From Cirrosporium novae-zelandiae (taxonomy: Eukaryota): a DNA stretch of 64,000 nucleotides. Shown here in pieces: positions 36,227 to 48,581 of the stretch. The DNA is taken from assembly GCA_026023565.1 (NCBI GenBank), contig JAPETS010000037.1:186001-250000 (forward strand), given 5' to 3'. The notes beneath the pieces were generated by a model. The model saw only the letters and a list, made by a program, of their open reading frames with translations, had not been told where the DNA came from and made no database searches. The position numbers were made by a program, and so were the translations under genes. Position 1 is the stretch's first letter, and each line of letters opens with the position of its first letter.

Positions 36227-37806
36227 TCAACTCCCATCCCGCCTCTCCCTAAAATTCCTCCTAGAACCCGTCTTCGAATTTCGCTTCCCACCCCCACCAG
36301 CGTCATCCCCCTCCCCAAACCCCCCCACCTTCTTCGCGGGCCAATTCCTGGCAAGGTCGATATTAGCCCTGGGGGCGCACATTTCCAAAAAGACAAAAAT
36401 CAGATAATCCACCAGCACACACAGGCAAAAGAGTTTCCCAGCCCAGATGCCGCAGCCGTAGTAGCGCTTGAGGCGATCGATGAGGGCGAAACTCTGGACG
36501 GCGGAGCGGCCGGCACTCCAGCTACCCCCCGGGTGATTTCCGTAGAATTCTTCCTCGCTGATGGCGCCGGAGATGCCATCGTAGACGCGCTCCGTGCGCT
36601 GGGCGACGTCCGTCCACGAGTACATCATCTTGACCTGGTCGTGGAACTTGTCAGTGCGCACGCGGTTGGAGCGGAGGGCCGCGATCGCCTTTCCCGTCGC
36701 CTGCACCAGGTCGTCCTCTTCAGGTTTGGCGAATGTCGTCATGTGCTGTGGGAGGACCTCGGGGATTCCCCCCACGCGCGTGCATACGACGTACAGGCCG
36801 CAGCTGGCGGCTTCGACGATGACAGTTCCAAAGGCCTCTGTCAGCGACGGGTGCAGGTAAATGTGGCCACGAATCATGACGTCCCGGACCTCCTCGTGGC
36901 GGACGGGCCCTAGCATCTCGACCTTTTCTTGCAGCATATTTTTTTCTAGCATCTGTTCCAGGTCGATGGCTTTGGGGCCTGAGCCCGCGATTATGAATTT
37001 TACGTTGGGGTAGTTTGCGAGGATGCGCGGGATGGCTGCGATCAGGAGGTCGGTTCCTTTGTTGTAGAATAGGCGGGATATTACTATGATTGTAATGGTG
37101 TCGTCTGGTCCGACATGGCGTTGCAAGGGGCGTGTTTCCTTGGGGGAGAAGGTTCCGTCGTCCCTGCGTTCTTCGTTGTATGAGAGGGGTCGGAAGTTTT
37201 CGGCGACGACTGCGTTTGGGATTACGGATACCATCAGTGGGTCGAGCGAGGCGCGGAGGACGGTGTTTTCTTTGCTGTGTGCACTAGTCAGTCTTCGTTA
37301 TCCTAGGTGGTCTGGATTAGATTATCTTCGTACCAAGTATGACTGACGCAGATGACATGGTCCACATCACTCAGCGCGAATTTCAATATTTTGTTCGCCA
37401 GTATACTGGCGGCATCTGCAAACCCAAAGAGAGAATGATCCGTGAAAACTGTCCTCAAGCCCATCGTCCTCGCATGCAGAATCGCCTCGTGGCAGAAGCT
37501 GCTCAGGCTTGCATGGCCATGGACTATCTCAATCCGCTCTCGGATGATGATGTTTCTGAATATGGGGAAAAAGGAGAAGACGGTTGGCAGTGTCGTTTCG
37601 CGGTAGATGACGAAGAAGGGAACATAGTAAACCTTGAGGCCGTTGGTGAGGTACCTTACTCCCGTTCGACCTCGATAGGCATGGGTGATGATAACGACCT
37701 TGTGTCCGCGGTCGATTAGTTTGGTGGATAGTTGGTATATGTGACTTTCGACGCCGCCAGGTTGGGGGAAGAAGAAATCACTGATCATGGCAATATTGTA
37801 AGGCAT
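36227..37806 (-). CDS. GPI3: Phosphatidylinositol N-acetylglucosaminyltransferase catalytic subunit (PIG-A/Gpi3)
   Basis: [18 protein letters not shown]; intron 37275-37333 gives [43 protein letters not shown]. Confidence 0.96.
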
Positions 37807-38299
37807 TGCAAGCGGTGCGGTGGGGATTCGACCTTTGTCGAATCTGACATCTTGGTATTAATTAGGCATAGAGGGGGTTTATGCGCCGTAACGTATTAGT
37901 GATGAAGAGGAGATTTCATAAGAGTCATCATCAGATATAAGAATCATCAGAGATGTTCCATTGAATTGACAACTTGACAAGTTGTGTGTGGGGGGGGGGG
38001 GAATTGTTTCTTTCCCGTATTGTGAAACGGAGGTTTGTGTGGAGTCGCCGCAACTATCCAACTTTTGGGTTGAGCGTCATTCCATGCCTCGGTTCGTTTA
38101 CAGACAAGACAAAAAATTCTCTTTTTTTGTCTTGCGCAATAATCGCAGGTTTAGGACTTGCTAGTGGACTAGTCAATTGACTGTATTTATATATTTCCGC
38201 TTTCATTAAGGCATCTGGCCGTCAGACATCGCCTTTAGTCGATATATCCGCATAATTGTCGCCATTTTTTATTACAGTCTTCCCGTGCAGTCAATCGCT

Positions 38300-40366
38300 A
38301 TGGAACGCCAACACGAAGAGAACACGGTCAGTGGTGGAGCTGCTACATCAGATAAGCGGGGGATGAAAAGAAAACACGCACCAGAGGGGAATCCCAACGA
38401 AGAAAATTTTAAATACAAAAATATTCGCAAAAAGTATGAGAGATCGGCAAAGCTTTCAAAAGTATTGCAGGACCGTCAAGATGCCAAGTCTACGATAACG
38501 CAAGATGAAGGTGAAGAGGTGGAAAATGTAGCTGTGAAGGTACAAGGTCTTGAGCCGTTCCCTCAACCAGAGCCTGTTGTTGAAGAAATTGCACCCCCAA
38601 CATATTCAACCCAGCTTTCCTGGGTCGCGAAACCCGTAACTGTCTCCGCAGACTCGAGGAAATCATTCACCGAGCTTCCCATCAGCAACAAATCGAAATC
38701 TATCCTTCAGTCAAATGACTATCATGATGCTCTCGCTGTCCAAGCTGCAGTCATTCCCCTTCTACAAAAACAAGATTCAACTTCAGGAGACTTGTGCATT
38801 GAAGCCCAAACAGGGTCTGGAAAGACGTTGGCATATGTTCTACCATTGATAGAACACCTTAGGAAGAGAGTAGTGACTAAGCTACGAGGGCTGATTGTGG
38901 TTCCAAACGAAGAGCTAGTTCCCCAGATCAAAGAAGTATGTGAAATGTGTGCAAGTGGATCATCGCTCCAGATTGCAACAGCATACGGAACGAAAAAATT
39001 CAAGGAAGAGCAAGAATCACTAATCAAAAAGAGTGAGAGATATGATCCCGAAGAGTACCGCAAGGACAAGAGGAAACCTCTTCTCTCTGATGACTATCTT
39101 GATAATGGTAGCTACGCAGACCTCATTTCGAGGATTGAGAATGACCTTCGGATTTTGCCTAAGCATGCTGCAATTTACTCATCTAAAGCGGATATACTGG
39201 TCTGTACTCCTGGACATCTTGTTAAACACATCAGGGAAACTGAAGGGTTCACTTTGAGCGATATTCAATGGCTTATAGTTGACGAAGCAGATAAGCTACT
39301 CAACGAGAGTTTCCAAGGTTGGGTGGATATTTTGATACCTCTTTTGGAATCCAGACAGCCTTGTGAGAGGGTTGATACGGACCGGCAAATTTTACAGGCT
39401 ATGAAATTTCCACCAGAACGGCGACGAGTTCGAAAGATCATACTTAGTGCAACAATGACCGAAGACATAAGCAAATTGATGTCCCTGAGACTCAACAAGC
39501 CGACCTTAGTCTCTGTAAAAAGAGAATTAATAGTTACAGATATGGATATTGATCAGCTTATCATTAATCAAAAAGATTCTGAGCAAGTGTTCGATCTTTC
39601 AGACAAGCTCGAGGAATGGCGGCTTCCCCTGCCAAACGGAGAAGAGTCTAGAAAACCACTATACTTGTTGCAGCTTCTCCGCCAACGATTATTGTCTAAA
39701 TCGGACCCTATAGCTTCAGCCTCAGACTCCGAGGAATCCGAAAGTAGTTCGTCCGATGATTCAGAGGATTCAGAAAGCGACAGTGATACATCTACATCTA
39801 CATCCTCTTCATCTGCTTCTGCTTCTTCTCACTTAAGCCACCGGCATGATACTAGCTCACATTCTAAGCTTCGTGGTATCTTAATTTTCACTAAATCTAA
39901 TGAATCTGCCAACCGTCTTTCTCATCTTCTCTCTATCCTTGACCCAAGCCTGAAATCTCGCTTAGCTACTCTAACAAAGGCATCATCTACCCACCGAACA
40001 CTATCCTCATTTCGCTCCGGCAAACTATCTGTCCTTGTTGCCACTGACCGCGCTTCCCGTGGTCTTCATATTCCGAATCTAGCTCACGTTGTCAACTACG
40101 ATGTCCCTACTAGCGTAGAAACATATGTACACAGAGTTGGAAGAACAGCGAGAGCCGAGAAAGACGGGCAGGCATTCACTCTGACAGAACACCAGCAAGG
40201 AAAGTGGTTCGAAGAACATATTGCGAAAGGCGAAAAGATTCGGAGAAAAGGAAATAGGAGGGTGAATTTAATTAAGGGCTTGCATGTTGGCGAAGAGTTG
40301 GATGGACCTTATCGGGTGGCGTTAACAAAGCTGGAAGAAGCTGCCAAAAGTGGACAGAATAAATAG
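38300..40366 (+). CDS. DBP6: DEAD-box RNA helicase Dbp6/DDX51 (60S biogenesis)
   Basis: AVQAAVIP Q-motif, GDLCIEAQTGSGKTLAYVLP, DEADKLL, SAT, LIFTKSNESANRL and HRVGRTARA; KPLYLLQLL fits Dbp6. First ATG at 38300. Confidence 0.88.
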   Translation: MERQHEENTVSGGAATSDKRGMKRKHAPEGNPNEENFKYKNIRKKYERSAKLSKVLQDRQDAKSTITQDEGEEVENVAVKVQGLEPFPQPEPVVEEIAPPTYSTQLSWVAKPVTVSADSRKSFTELPISNKSKSILQSNDYHDALAVQAAVIPLLQKQDSTSGDLCIEAQTGSGKTLAYVLPLIEHLRKRVVTKLRGLIVVPNEELVPQIKEVCEMCASGSSLQIATAYGTKKFKEEQESLIKKSERYDPEEYRKDKRKPLLSDDYLDNGSYADLISRIENDLRILPKHAAIYSSKADILVCTPGHLVKHIRETEGFTLSDIQWLIVDEADKLLNESFQGWVDILIPLLESRQPCERVDTDRQILQAMKFPPERRRVRKIILSATMTEDISKLMSLRLNKPTLVSVKRELIVTDMDIDQLIINQKDSEQVFDLSDKLEEWRLPLPNGEESRKPLYLLQLLRQRLLSKSDPIASASDSEESESSSSDDSEDSESDSDTSTSTSSSSASASSHLSHRHDTSSHSKLRGILIFTKSNESANRLSHLLSILDPSLKSRLATLTKASSTHRTLSSFRSGKLSVLVATDRASRGLHIPNLAHVVNYDVPTSVETYVHRVGRTARAEKDGQAFTLTEHQQGKWFEEHIAKGEKIRRKGNRRVNLIKGLHVGEELDGPYRVALTKLEEAAKSGQNK

Positions 40367-40522
40367 CACATGAAGGCGATACTGTATCATTATTTGCCTC
40401 TTATATTTTCCGTTGGCATTGTGTGATCGTCCCAGTATCATGAGTCTTGTGAGTCTGAGGCTGGCGTATGGCTAATGTTCAATCAATCATAGTGGAATTA
40501 GCTTCAAATATGGTCTTAACCA

Positions 40523-40820
40523 CACGTGCCACACTAACTAACAGTACTGTGGTATGGCTGTTGCAAAGAATAATACGAATATCTAATTCTCAAGCTTTAT
40601 TTTTATTATTTGCACGTCGACATGAAGTTCTCTTACCCCTTCTTTGACGTCACATTTTTCCTGACCCTCGCATGACGCAGTCATAGTGGCAAATATATAT
40701 TGAGCTACTCCGCATTCACTATGTCGACATATTTGCATCTACCGGCTCCTTTAATTAAGTAATTAAATCAACTACACGTGCAATTAATACTTGAAACACA
40801 GCAGCCAAGAATCCACGTCA
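40523..40820 (+). promoter_or_regulatory. Cluster of ACGT-core elements (CRE TGACGTCA, E-box CACGTG) upstream of the small protein gene
   Basis: CACGTG 40523-40528, TGACGTCA 40645-40652, TGACGC 40673, TATA-like run near 40693, CACGTG 40775-40780, ACGTCA 40815-40820. Confidence 0.5.
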
Positions 40821-40822
40821 AA

Positions 40823-41255
40823 ATGAATCCCGATGGCCATCACTCAGCAAAGGCCTTTGACTCCGGCGCTAATTCAACCATGAAAGCCCAAGATTTAGCC
40901 GGCGGAGTTCATGGACCTCCGAATCAGGCAGTATGTTTATTGTTCCAATGTCCGCTTGATATCAACAATGCTGACTGCTTCAACCAAGACTGGAACTGAA
41001 GACAAGAGCGGAGGAAGTGTGCTTGATGCCAAAGGAGCCATTGGAAAGCAATTTACAAGTACATCTCCCACTTCAAAAATTCATCACCTTCTGGCAATGG
41101 GTAACAAGAGAATAGCTCAAGGGATGGTTGGTGGGACCGCACAAGCGATCGGTGGACCATTCGACAAGGAGGGCATTATTGGGAAACATTTCAATAAAGG
41201 TGGTATAATAGGAGATGCTGCACAATCGTTGGCGGATACCAACAAGCCGCATTGA
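40823..41255 (+). CDS. Small Gly-rich fungal protein with GxIGKxF repeats (function unknown)
   Basis: Introns 40931-40988 and 41059-41115 give MNPDGHH...GAIGKQFTTQGMVGGTAQAIGGPFDKEGIIGKHFNKGGIIG. Confidence 0.7.
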
Positions 41256-41668
41256 ATGTGCATGTAGTTGAGTTATTAGTGTAGTTCTCATCACCAGGGC
41301 TATTTACACATATTGATGAACATATTTTACCTAAAGGGGAAGGAATTTCCTTTAAGATAAGATCCTCAGCCCAAATTTAAAAAAAAATTCTAATTGATAT
41401 CCCCCTTCTTTGTTTTTGAACCCTAGAGTAACTGTTGCGGCATCATCATTTCCTTCCCATCCAATGAGAGCATTCCTCCGGGTTGAGCTTTCACATCCGC
41501 AAGCAGCTGGTTCGCTTTCATTTTTACATTCCTCGCTCCGAGGCCTACAAAGAACAGAATATCGTCAACCTCACCTCATCTCAACCCCAAAAAAACCATC
41601 CCCATCACTTCACACCTCTTGACGCACCCTGAACGAAACAAACCTATCACCACTCCTACTGACCAACC

Positions 41669-43043
41669 ATGCTTCCTGAACTACCCAGATCACAACGCAA
41701 ATCGCGACCCAGGTCGCCACCCAAACAGAAGCCCAAGTCATGGCGTAGATCACCATCCGAACCACGGCCCATGTCGCTACCAGAACGACAGCCCACGCCG
41801 CCAGGCATGATACGTGAACCCGAACCATCACCAACAGAAGGTCCTGTGCCCACCAGAAGACGACTCTTCAGCTTCGACAACAGCGTCCGCAAAAAGTCCA
41901 ACAAGCCCACCAAACCCACCAAATACCCAGGACCCAAACTACCCGCCCCAGAGATAATAAGAACCGTCAATAACACTGGCCCTACTCCCCACCCCGGTGT
42001 GTTGAAGACCCACAAAACATCTAAACCACCATTCAACCCATCAACAATGCTACCCAAATTACCGAAACCAACCTCCAGAATGGAAACAAAATCCCAACCC
42101 GACAAGAGTATCTTCGACGCCCTTAGGAGACGACGCGAAGAATCCAAAAAACCACCACCATCAAAAGGCACCACACCCCCCAAACGACTATTCTCCAACC
42201 TCATCTCCAACGCCCCCACCATCCCCGCAGGATGGACGTCACACACAAATGTAAGCACCATCTTCGACGAGCCAACCCACAACAACCCCGAAATACCCAG
42301 CTCAAGACCCATACCAGAACCGAAAGCAGTGCCTGTAAAAAAAGGGATCATCACGGAGCGCTACGGCAATATCTTCGACGTTCCCAGCGGCCCTAATAAG
42401 GTCTTACTTCGTACGTCTCCTATCCTACTTACCTCTATCCCATCAAACGTGCCAACTAACCAACCACCCCCTCAAACTCAGACGCCTGCAACTGCCAAGG
42501 AAGTTGGGGCGCGGGCGTAGCCGCAGGGTTTAAAACAAACGTGCCTCCCCCCTTCTCCCACCCTCCACCACTAACATCAACACTAACACCCACCAGTACC
42601 CAGCCGCCTACAGCATCTACCACAAACGCAGCCGCACCCCCACACTGTTAGGCCACACCCTCCTGATCCCCCCCCAATACCCCGACGTAGCTTCCACCAA
42701 CCCCCGCACCCACTGGATCGGATGCCTCTACACAAAACCCACAGTCGGTGCCTCCGGGCCCAAATCCTCCCCCGAAGAGATAGTAGACGCGACGGCCAGC
42801 GCGCTAGAGAGCCTGAAGGGGCTTTTGGAGAAGCTGAAGGATCAGCTGCCGAAGGAAGGGGGAGGAAGAGGAGACGCGGAGTGGGAGCTGCATATCGTGA
42901 GGATCAATTCTGGAATCTTTAATGTCAAGTGGGAGAGGAGTGTGAAGGCTTTGGTAGAGTCCGGGTTGGATTTTACGGTTTGGGTTCCTAAGAAGGATTC
43001 TTTGAAGCCGGGGGTGACGAAGGGGACGGTTAGGGGGGAGTGA
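41669..43043 (+). CDS. POA1: Macrodomain ADP-ribose-1''-phosphate phosphatase (Poa1/TARG1-like) with long Pro/Lys-rich N-terminus
   Basis: Introns 42411-42481 and 42541-42596 give GNIFD...[27 protein letters not shown]...LGHTLLIPP...HWIGCLYT...RINSGIFNVKWE, the Poa1-class macro signature. Confidence 0.82.
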
Positions 43044-43955
43044 GGGGGGTGTAAAAATTTTTTTCATTTCCTTTTGTATCGGGGCGTTTTGTTATATGGA
43101 ATGGAATTCGTTAATTACTTACTTACTTACTACATACCTTCTTCCATCCAAAATCATCAAATCACAAATCTTTCCCAAATCCCTCTCAATCAAATGCCCC
43201 CCATCCATCTTGACATCAACAACAGCAACAGCAACAGCAAACCCCACCCCTTTAATGTATATAGGATTCAAAAAAAAAGAGAGAGAACCCAGCCCTACCA
43301 AAACAAAACAAAAACAGAAAAATGTCCCTGCTAAAACACCACACACACACACAGAAAAGATATCCATAATTCCATACTTTTTCTTCTTCTTCTCTCTTCT
43401 TCTGCTTCCCCCCTAATAAATTGAGATCTAGTTTAAATTCTCGCTTTCCTTTACGACTTACAATACGAGGTAAAAACTCTCTATTGAAAAAAAAATGAAC
43501 AATAAAAAAAAGAAATAGCCTTTTCCGATCGATCGATACTTGCAAGGTAGATAGAGAAATCCCCGAAAAAAGAAAAAGAAAAAGAAAAACAAGCCCATAA
43601 GTATATAATTGTTTTTTTTGCTGCTGTTGCTGCTGATCAAAAGTTTCAATTCATATTCCCCCCACCGTGACCGGCCGTTCATAACACACACACAAGTAAA
43701 AAAAACACCAATAAGTGGATGAAGCTTATTTCACTTTCCACCACCAAAAGGAAGGAAATTTCTTTCAAAACCAAAAAAAAAAGTCCCTGAGCTCCCGCTG
43801 CGTTTTTTTTTAAAATCATCATATGCTAGAGCATGTAAAAAGAAAAGAGAAAGAAAGAAAGAAAGAAACGTCCCTTATTTAGAAAGTATTTTAAACGCGA
43901 CGTAATTCATTCAAGCTGGTTTTAGGTCGGATCAATGGCCCCCCGACTGTCCAAA

Positions 43956-46900
43956 TCATCTCCCGAATTTCCATCCGTTTACGTCCACCATATCGTCCAC
44001 AGGCGCGTATTGGCCAAATACTGCATCCCAGTGATCCCAGTCGAAATTGTTCGGACTGTTTCCATCTACGGGGACTGGCTTCGCGTTTGAGGATGCACTT
44101 GATGGATCCACGGGGGCTGAAGTTGATGGAATCGTCGCCCCTGATAGTATGTGCGGGGGGTAATAATTTGAAGAATATGTGGTATAGTTAGGCTGATGGA
44201 ACGATACAGGATCTGTGGATGTTGTTTGCGATTGGAGTTGTGGATGCTGAGGCTGTTGCCCTGAGGGAGTTGGATAGGTCGGATATGTGGTGGACCCAGT
44301 AAAGTTGTGTGAAGACGACGAAGGGTGGCGGAGGAGGGTATGCGGGTATGGTTGCGGAGGGGGATTACTTCTAGAGGGGTTTATGGGCTCACACGGAGCA
44401 GAGTAGAAGTACTGTACTGCTTGTGCAGGGTCGGTAGGCGGAGGGTGCATCATCGGAGTATTTGAAAGGCCGAGAGAATCTGGCGCTGTACCTGGGGGAG
44501 CCGATCCAGTAACGTTTCCTGTGTTTCTTGCGGTTTTATATGCTTCCGTTGCTTCGGCATCTGCCTGTGCAGCAGCTAGGAGATCGTGAAATGCGTTGAA
44601 TCTGCTGGGCTTCGGAGTGACTTGGCTATCGGAACGGGTTGACTCTGGGGATTTCTTTATCGTAGTATCACCGGTTGACTTGCTTGCAACAGTGCTCGGT
44701 GTATCAGCTTTTGCATCCTCGCGCATGCGCGCCTTTACTTGATCTGGTTCGGTCCACAAGAGATCAGGATCCAACCCAGCCTTCCTCCAAGCCTTATGTC
44801 TCAGCCTCCGGATCATATCCCATGCTTCTCGTCCACCCTCGCGAAGTGGTCGTTGAACAGAAACTCCATCCTCACCACTTACAATTCCTCCATCTGGTCC
44901 AGAAAGAGAGAAAACCTTGTCTATATAGAAGCGAGATTGTGATGCCTCAGCACTATGAGGACGTTCGTAAAGATCCACAAGCATGATCCTGCATATACTT
45001 TAGCAACTAATTATTCTGGAATTTCTTGAACTGGCTCTTACATAACGGCATGCATGGGCTGGTGTGTTCTATATTTCCTTTAGTTATTGTCTTTAGCATC
45101 TAACCGGTTAAAACTTACCCTGGCCAACTCCAATGGAATGGCTGGAATACAGGATCGGTTGCAAGTTGAATGAATTTATCCATGAAGCCGTGGCAATGTC
45201 TCAAAGCACTAGCAGAAGGTAAGTAAGAGCTTCAAGATCCATAATATGGGACGCGCTTTACCATTGTCGTGCATTTTCCCATAACTTGCTTCTAGCATTT
45301 TTCAAGAATGGTGCATAAGCTACGCAATATGTCTATTATGAACAATCAGTATTGCTTTGAAGGAATTGGAAGATTTTGACACCAACCTTATCAATAAGTA
45401 ATGATAACCATATTTTAGCCCACTTATAGAAAGCTATTATTGCATTTTTATGATATCGCAAGTGTTGGTCCGTAAGGCCGTCTAATGGCAGACAGCCCTT
45501 GAACGGGTCGAACTCATCCTTGGTCGCCGGCCTCCCCTTTTCAAAGTTTGCATCATACATTGAACCGCCATCCTGATTTGGGCTAGGACAGAGTTCAGAC
45601 AAATCAGCCTCCACGTCAGGAATTCTCTTCAGGGTTTCGTTCAAGATTCGTTCAGATTCCCAAACATATTCCCGCATTCGCTCCAAGTCTTTTTTGTGGA
45701 TTGGCTTTGCGCCTAGAAGAATTTCAACTGCCTTTCGGGACAACCCTAAGCTAGAATGTTAGAAGAATAAACATATCGAAATAGTACGGGGAGCTTACGC
45801 ATCATACGATTCCTTGCCTTAGCTACAACATAAACGATAGAGACCATTGATTCCCCGCCACAGTTGAGAGGATCATCCGGATTATCAGGTGTCCGATCTC
45901 CGTTGGCAACTTCCTTCTCATAGTGTTCTCCTTCAGCCGTGCCAAGTAGACTATCCTTAAGCTCGCTAACCTCCTGGACATCATAGAAATTATCAGAACA
46001 TATGGACGGAGGCAACCCACTACAAATAGACATGATATGATCAAGGGCAGATATTCGCCACCAAACCCGACGTCGTATTTCCGAATGAGGAGAGCCAATA
46101 CCAAATTGAGCTGGATCTCTATGGAGACCCATCATCTGTGCAACCCGTAGAGCCAAGGAAATAAAAAAACTCCCATGTAAGGGCTCCTCTTCCCGCGCGA
46201 GTATAGTCTGAACGATAAGAAAAGCTATCAAAGAAGGCACAGTTGGTGACTGAGGGAAAGATGTGAGTGTTAAACACCGAGTGACCTGGTCATGGAACTG
46301 AGCCGAAAGTCTTGCTCGTGGAATGTTTCCAAAAAGCCCCTTCAGTGCCTTTGCGGCAATACTTACGGAGCCAGCGTACCATATCGCATAAAGCAGGGGG
46401 ATGAAAGCCGGATATTGATAAGGACCCTTGATGTCTTTCCCTTGGTCATACCAATCCCAAAATGATTCGTAAAATTTTAGAGTGGTTGGTGGGTGGACCA
46501 TGGGTAAGATAACATGAACCCCGGTCATGTAGCAACGATATAGCGTATGGCTTTGCTCCTTTGTCGGCATGTGCTCTAGCAATTCCGGGCTGAAGGTATG
46601 GAATCGAGATGGGTGGGAATCGCTAGGTCGAAAGAAAGTGGACTTTTCTATCGCTCGGTCCATCGAAGGAGAGTCCCCCTGGGCTGGAGTAGCGTGATCA
46701 GTAAAACCGTTGCTCGTATCATTATTCAAGTTGTTAACATCAAGGAGGTGAGGACCTGAGGTTGCGGGACTAGATTTCTTGCCCTGGGACTCACTTGAAG
46801 GGGCTTTTGTGGACGGGTTCGAATAATAGCGGTTCTGGTCCTGGAGGAGCTGGTTAAGTTCAGATATCTGCAGGACCAAATTAGCCCTAGCCAATAGGCT

Positions 46901-47949
46901 TTTCAAGATATTCTTACCTGATCAGCGATATAGCCCCAGAACGTATTTCCAACGTATCTATAAGCCATCAGCTGTTATATCAAACAGTCCTAGCCAATGT
47001 ACGGACCTGGTTCGGCCATTGTCCTGAAAACTCAAATGACCGAGATTGAGATTATTTATCGGGTCTGCAAGGTCGGATGAATTCTGCGGAGATATAATGG
47101 GAAAATCATGTTCTGATCCTCTCTCGCTAGAATCTCCCCTCGATGAACTCTGCCATTGTGAAGATGACCTGTAGCTTTTAGGCGCCTTTCGCTTCGCTGT
47201 TGTTGTATCGGGAGCCGGAGTAAAGGGTTCTTGGGGTTGAAAGGACATTCGTCTAGGATCGCTAGGATCTTGTGGAAGGTTGGGTTCAAAGGGGCCCTGG
47301 AATCCATTTCGACTCAGCTGCTCCACCATGGTAGTGAGCCGATCAAGGCGTTCTTCGATAATTTTATGATCTGGGCTTCGTGACCGAAGTTGCGGGTCCA
47401 AGGGATACGGGTCGTTGCCCGAAAGTTGATCCTGGGGATTTGTCTGCGTTCCATACTCCTCGCCATATTTGGGTTCAACATCTAGTCTTCTTCTCTTTGC
47501 ACTATGTGGAGGTGGGACATCTGTGAAGTCGGGGTTGATAGGAGTCGCAACGGTAGCTCTGTCACTTTGTACTGACTTTGGGGTCGCACTGTTCGAATCG
47601 TAGATGCATTCTTCTCCAGATTTCAGACAATTGGAGCAGGTAGGGTGTACCTAACGAAGCCTTAGTAGAGTCTATAAATGGTATTGTTGAGACTGACCTT
47701 GTCGCATTTGACCTTTCGTCGTCTACAGACATGACAGCTGTAGCTTGTGCGATTGCGGGTGATGGGTTTCCCTTCTTTTCCATGACCTTGGCCTTGGTAG
47801 CGATGAGATTGAGGAACGTTTTGGGAGAAGTTTTCGTTTTGTGGAGGTTGAGGAATCTGGTAATTCATGCCATAGAACATGTCTGGGGCCCCTCCGCCAC
47901 CGGGCCGCTGTGACTGCTGAGAAGGATAGACATTGTACTGGTCACCCAT
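43956..47949 (-). CDS. Zn2Cys6 transcription factor with fungal-specific middle-homology domain, multi-exon
   Basis: SCHVCRRRKVKCDK|VHPTCSNCLKSGEECIY; ALRVAQMMGLHRDP; EIRRRVWW; at least 7 introns including a micro-exon near 45043-45069. Confidence 0.92.
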
Positions 47950-48581
47950 GTTGACAATACTCGGGGAAGTTGTAGCTTTATCGATCCATGTCGATCGCGT
48001 CGAGGATGGCTTCGCATTCGAGTTGAGATATGTACAAAAGTGCCAATTTTCGTATGGAATTACTCGATGGTGTCAAGAAAAGATTACTGTCCATATCGCA
48101 TGGATCTACGTTCTAGCTAAAGGCAATCTCAACGCCCATTGGAGAATCAGCTCTTATGACATCTGAAGTATACTTAAACTATCCCAACATATAAACATGT
48201 CCAAAATCGTGATTTGAGACAAAATGATTTTATTTCTATTACTTACGAATCTCCAGATTCTGTCCACATTAATTTTACCCATGTTAGCTCAACACCCACT
48301 ACAAGCTCATATATCTATAATCATGGGTAGATTTAGAAGCTGGATAGCTCTAACTTTTAGTTTAATATATGACGAAACCCCAGCTCCCTCGCTATGCGAA
48401 GCTGACAATATCATGAATAATCTGACAACGCGACATGCGCGCCAGTAATATGGACTATCATAGAGGTTTCGGCCAAACTTAAGTCCTAGGTCTCTTCGTG
48501 ATAGGTCTTAGTCTAAGTCGGCAGATGGAGGTATGATATGTTGAGTGATTTCCAAGTTGTCCGTCTGGTTTGATTTTACAT

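Noticed and set aside
41656..42354. 232-aa hydrophobic Gly-rich ORF antisense to the POA1 N-terminus
   Set aside because: Mirror of C/A-rich Pro/Lys/Thr codons.
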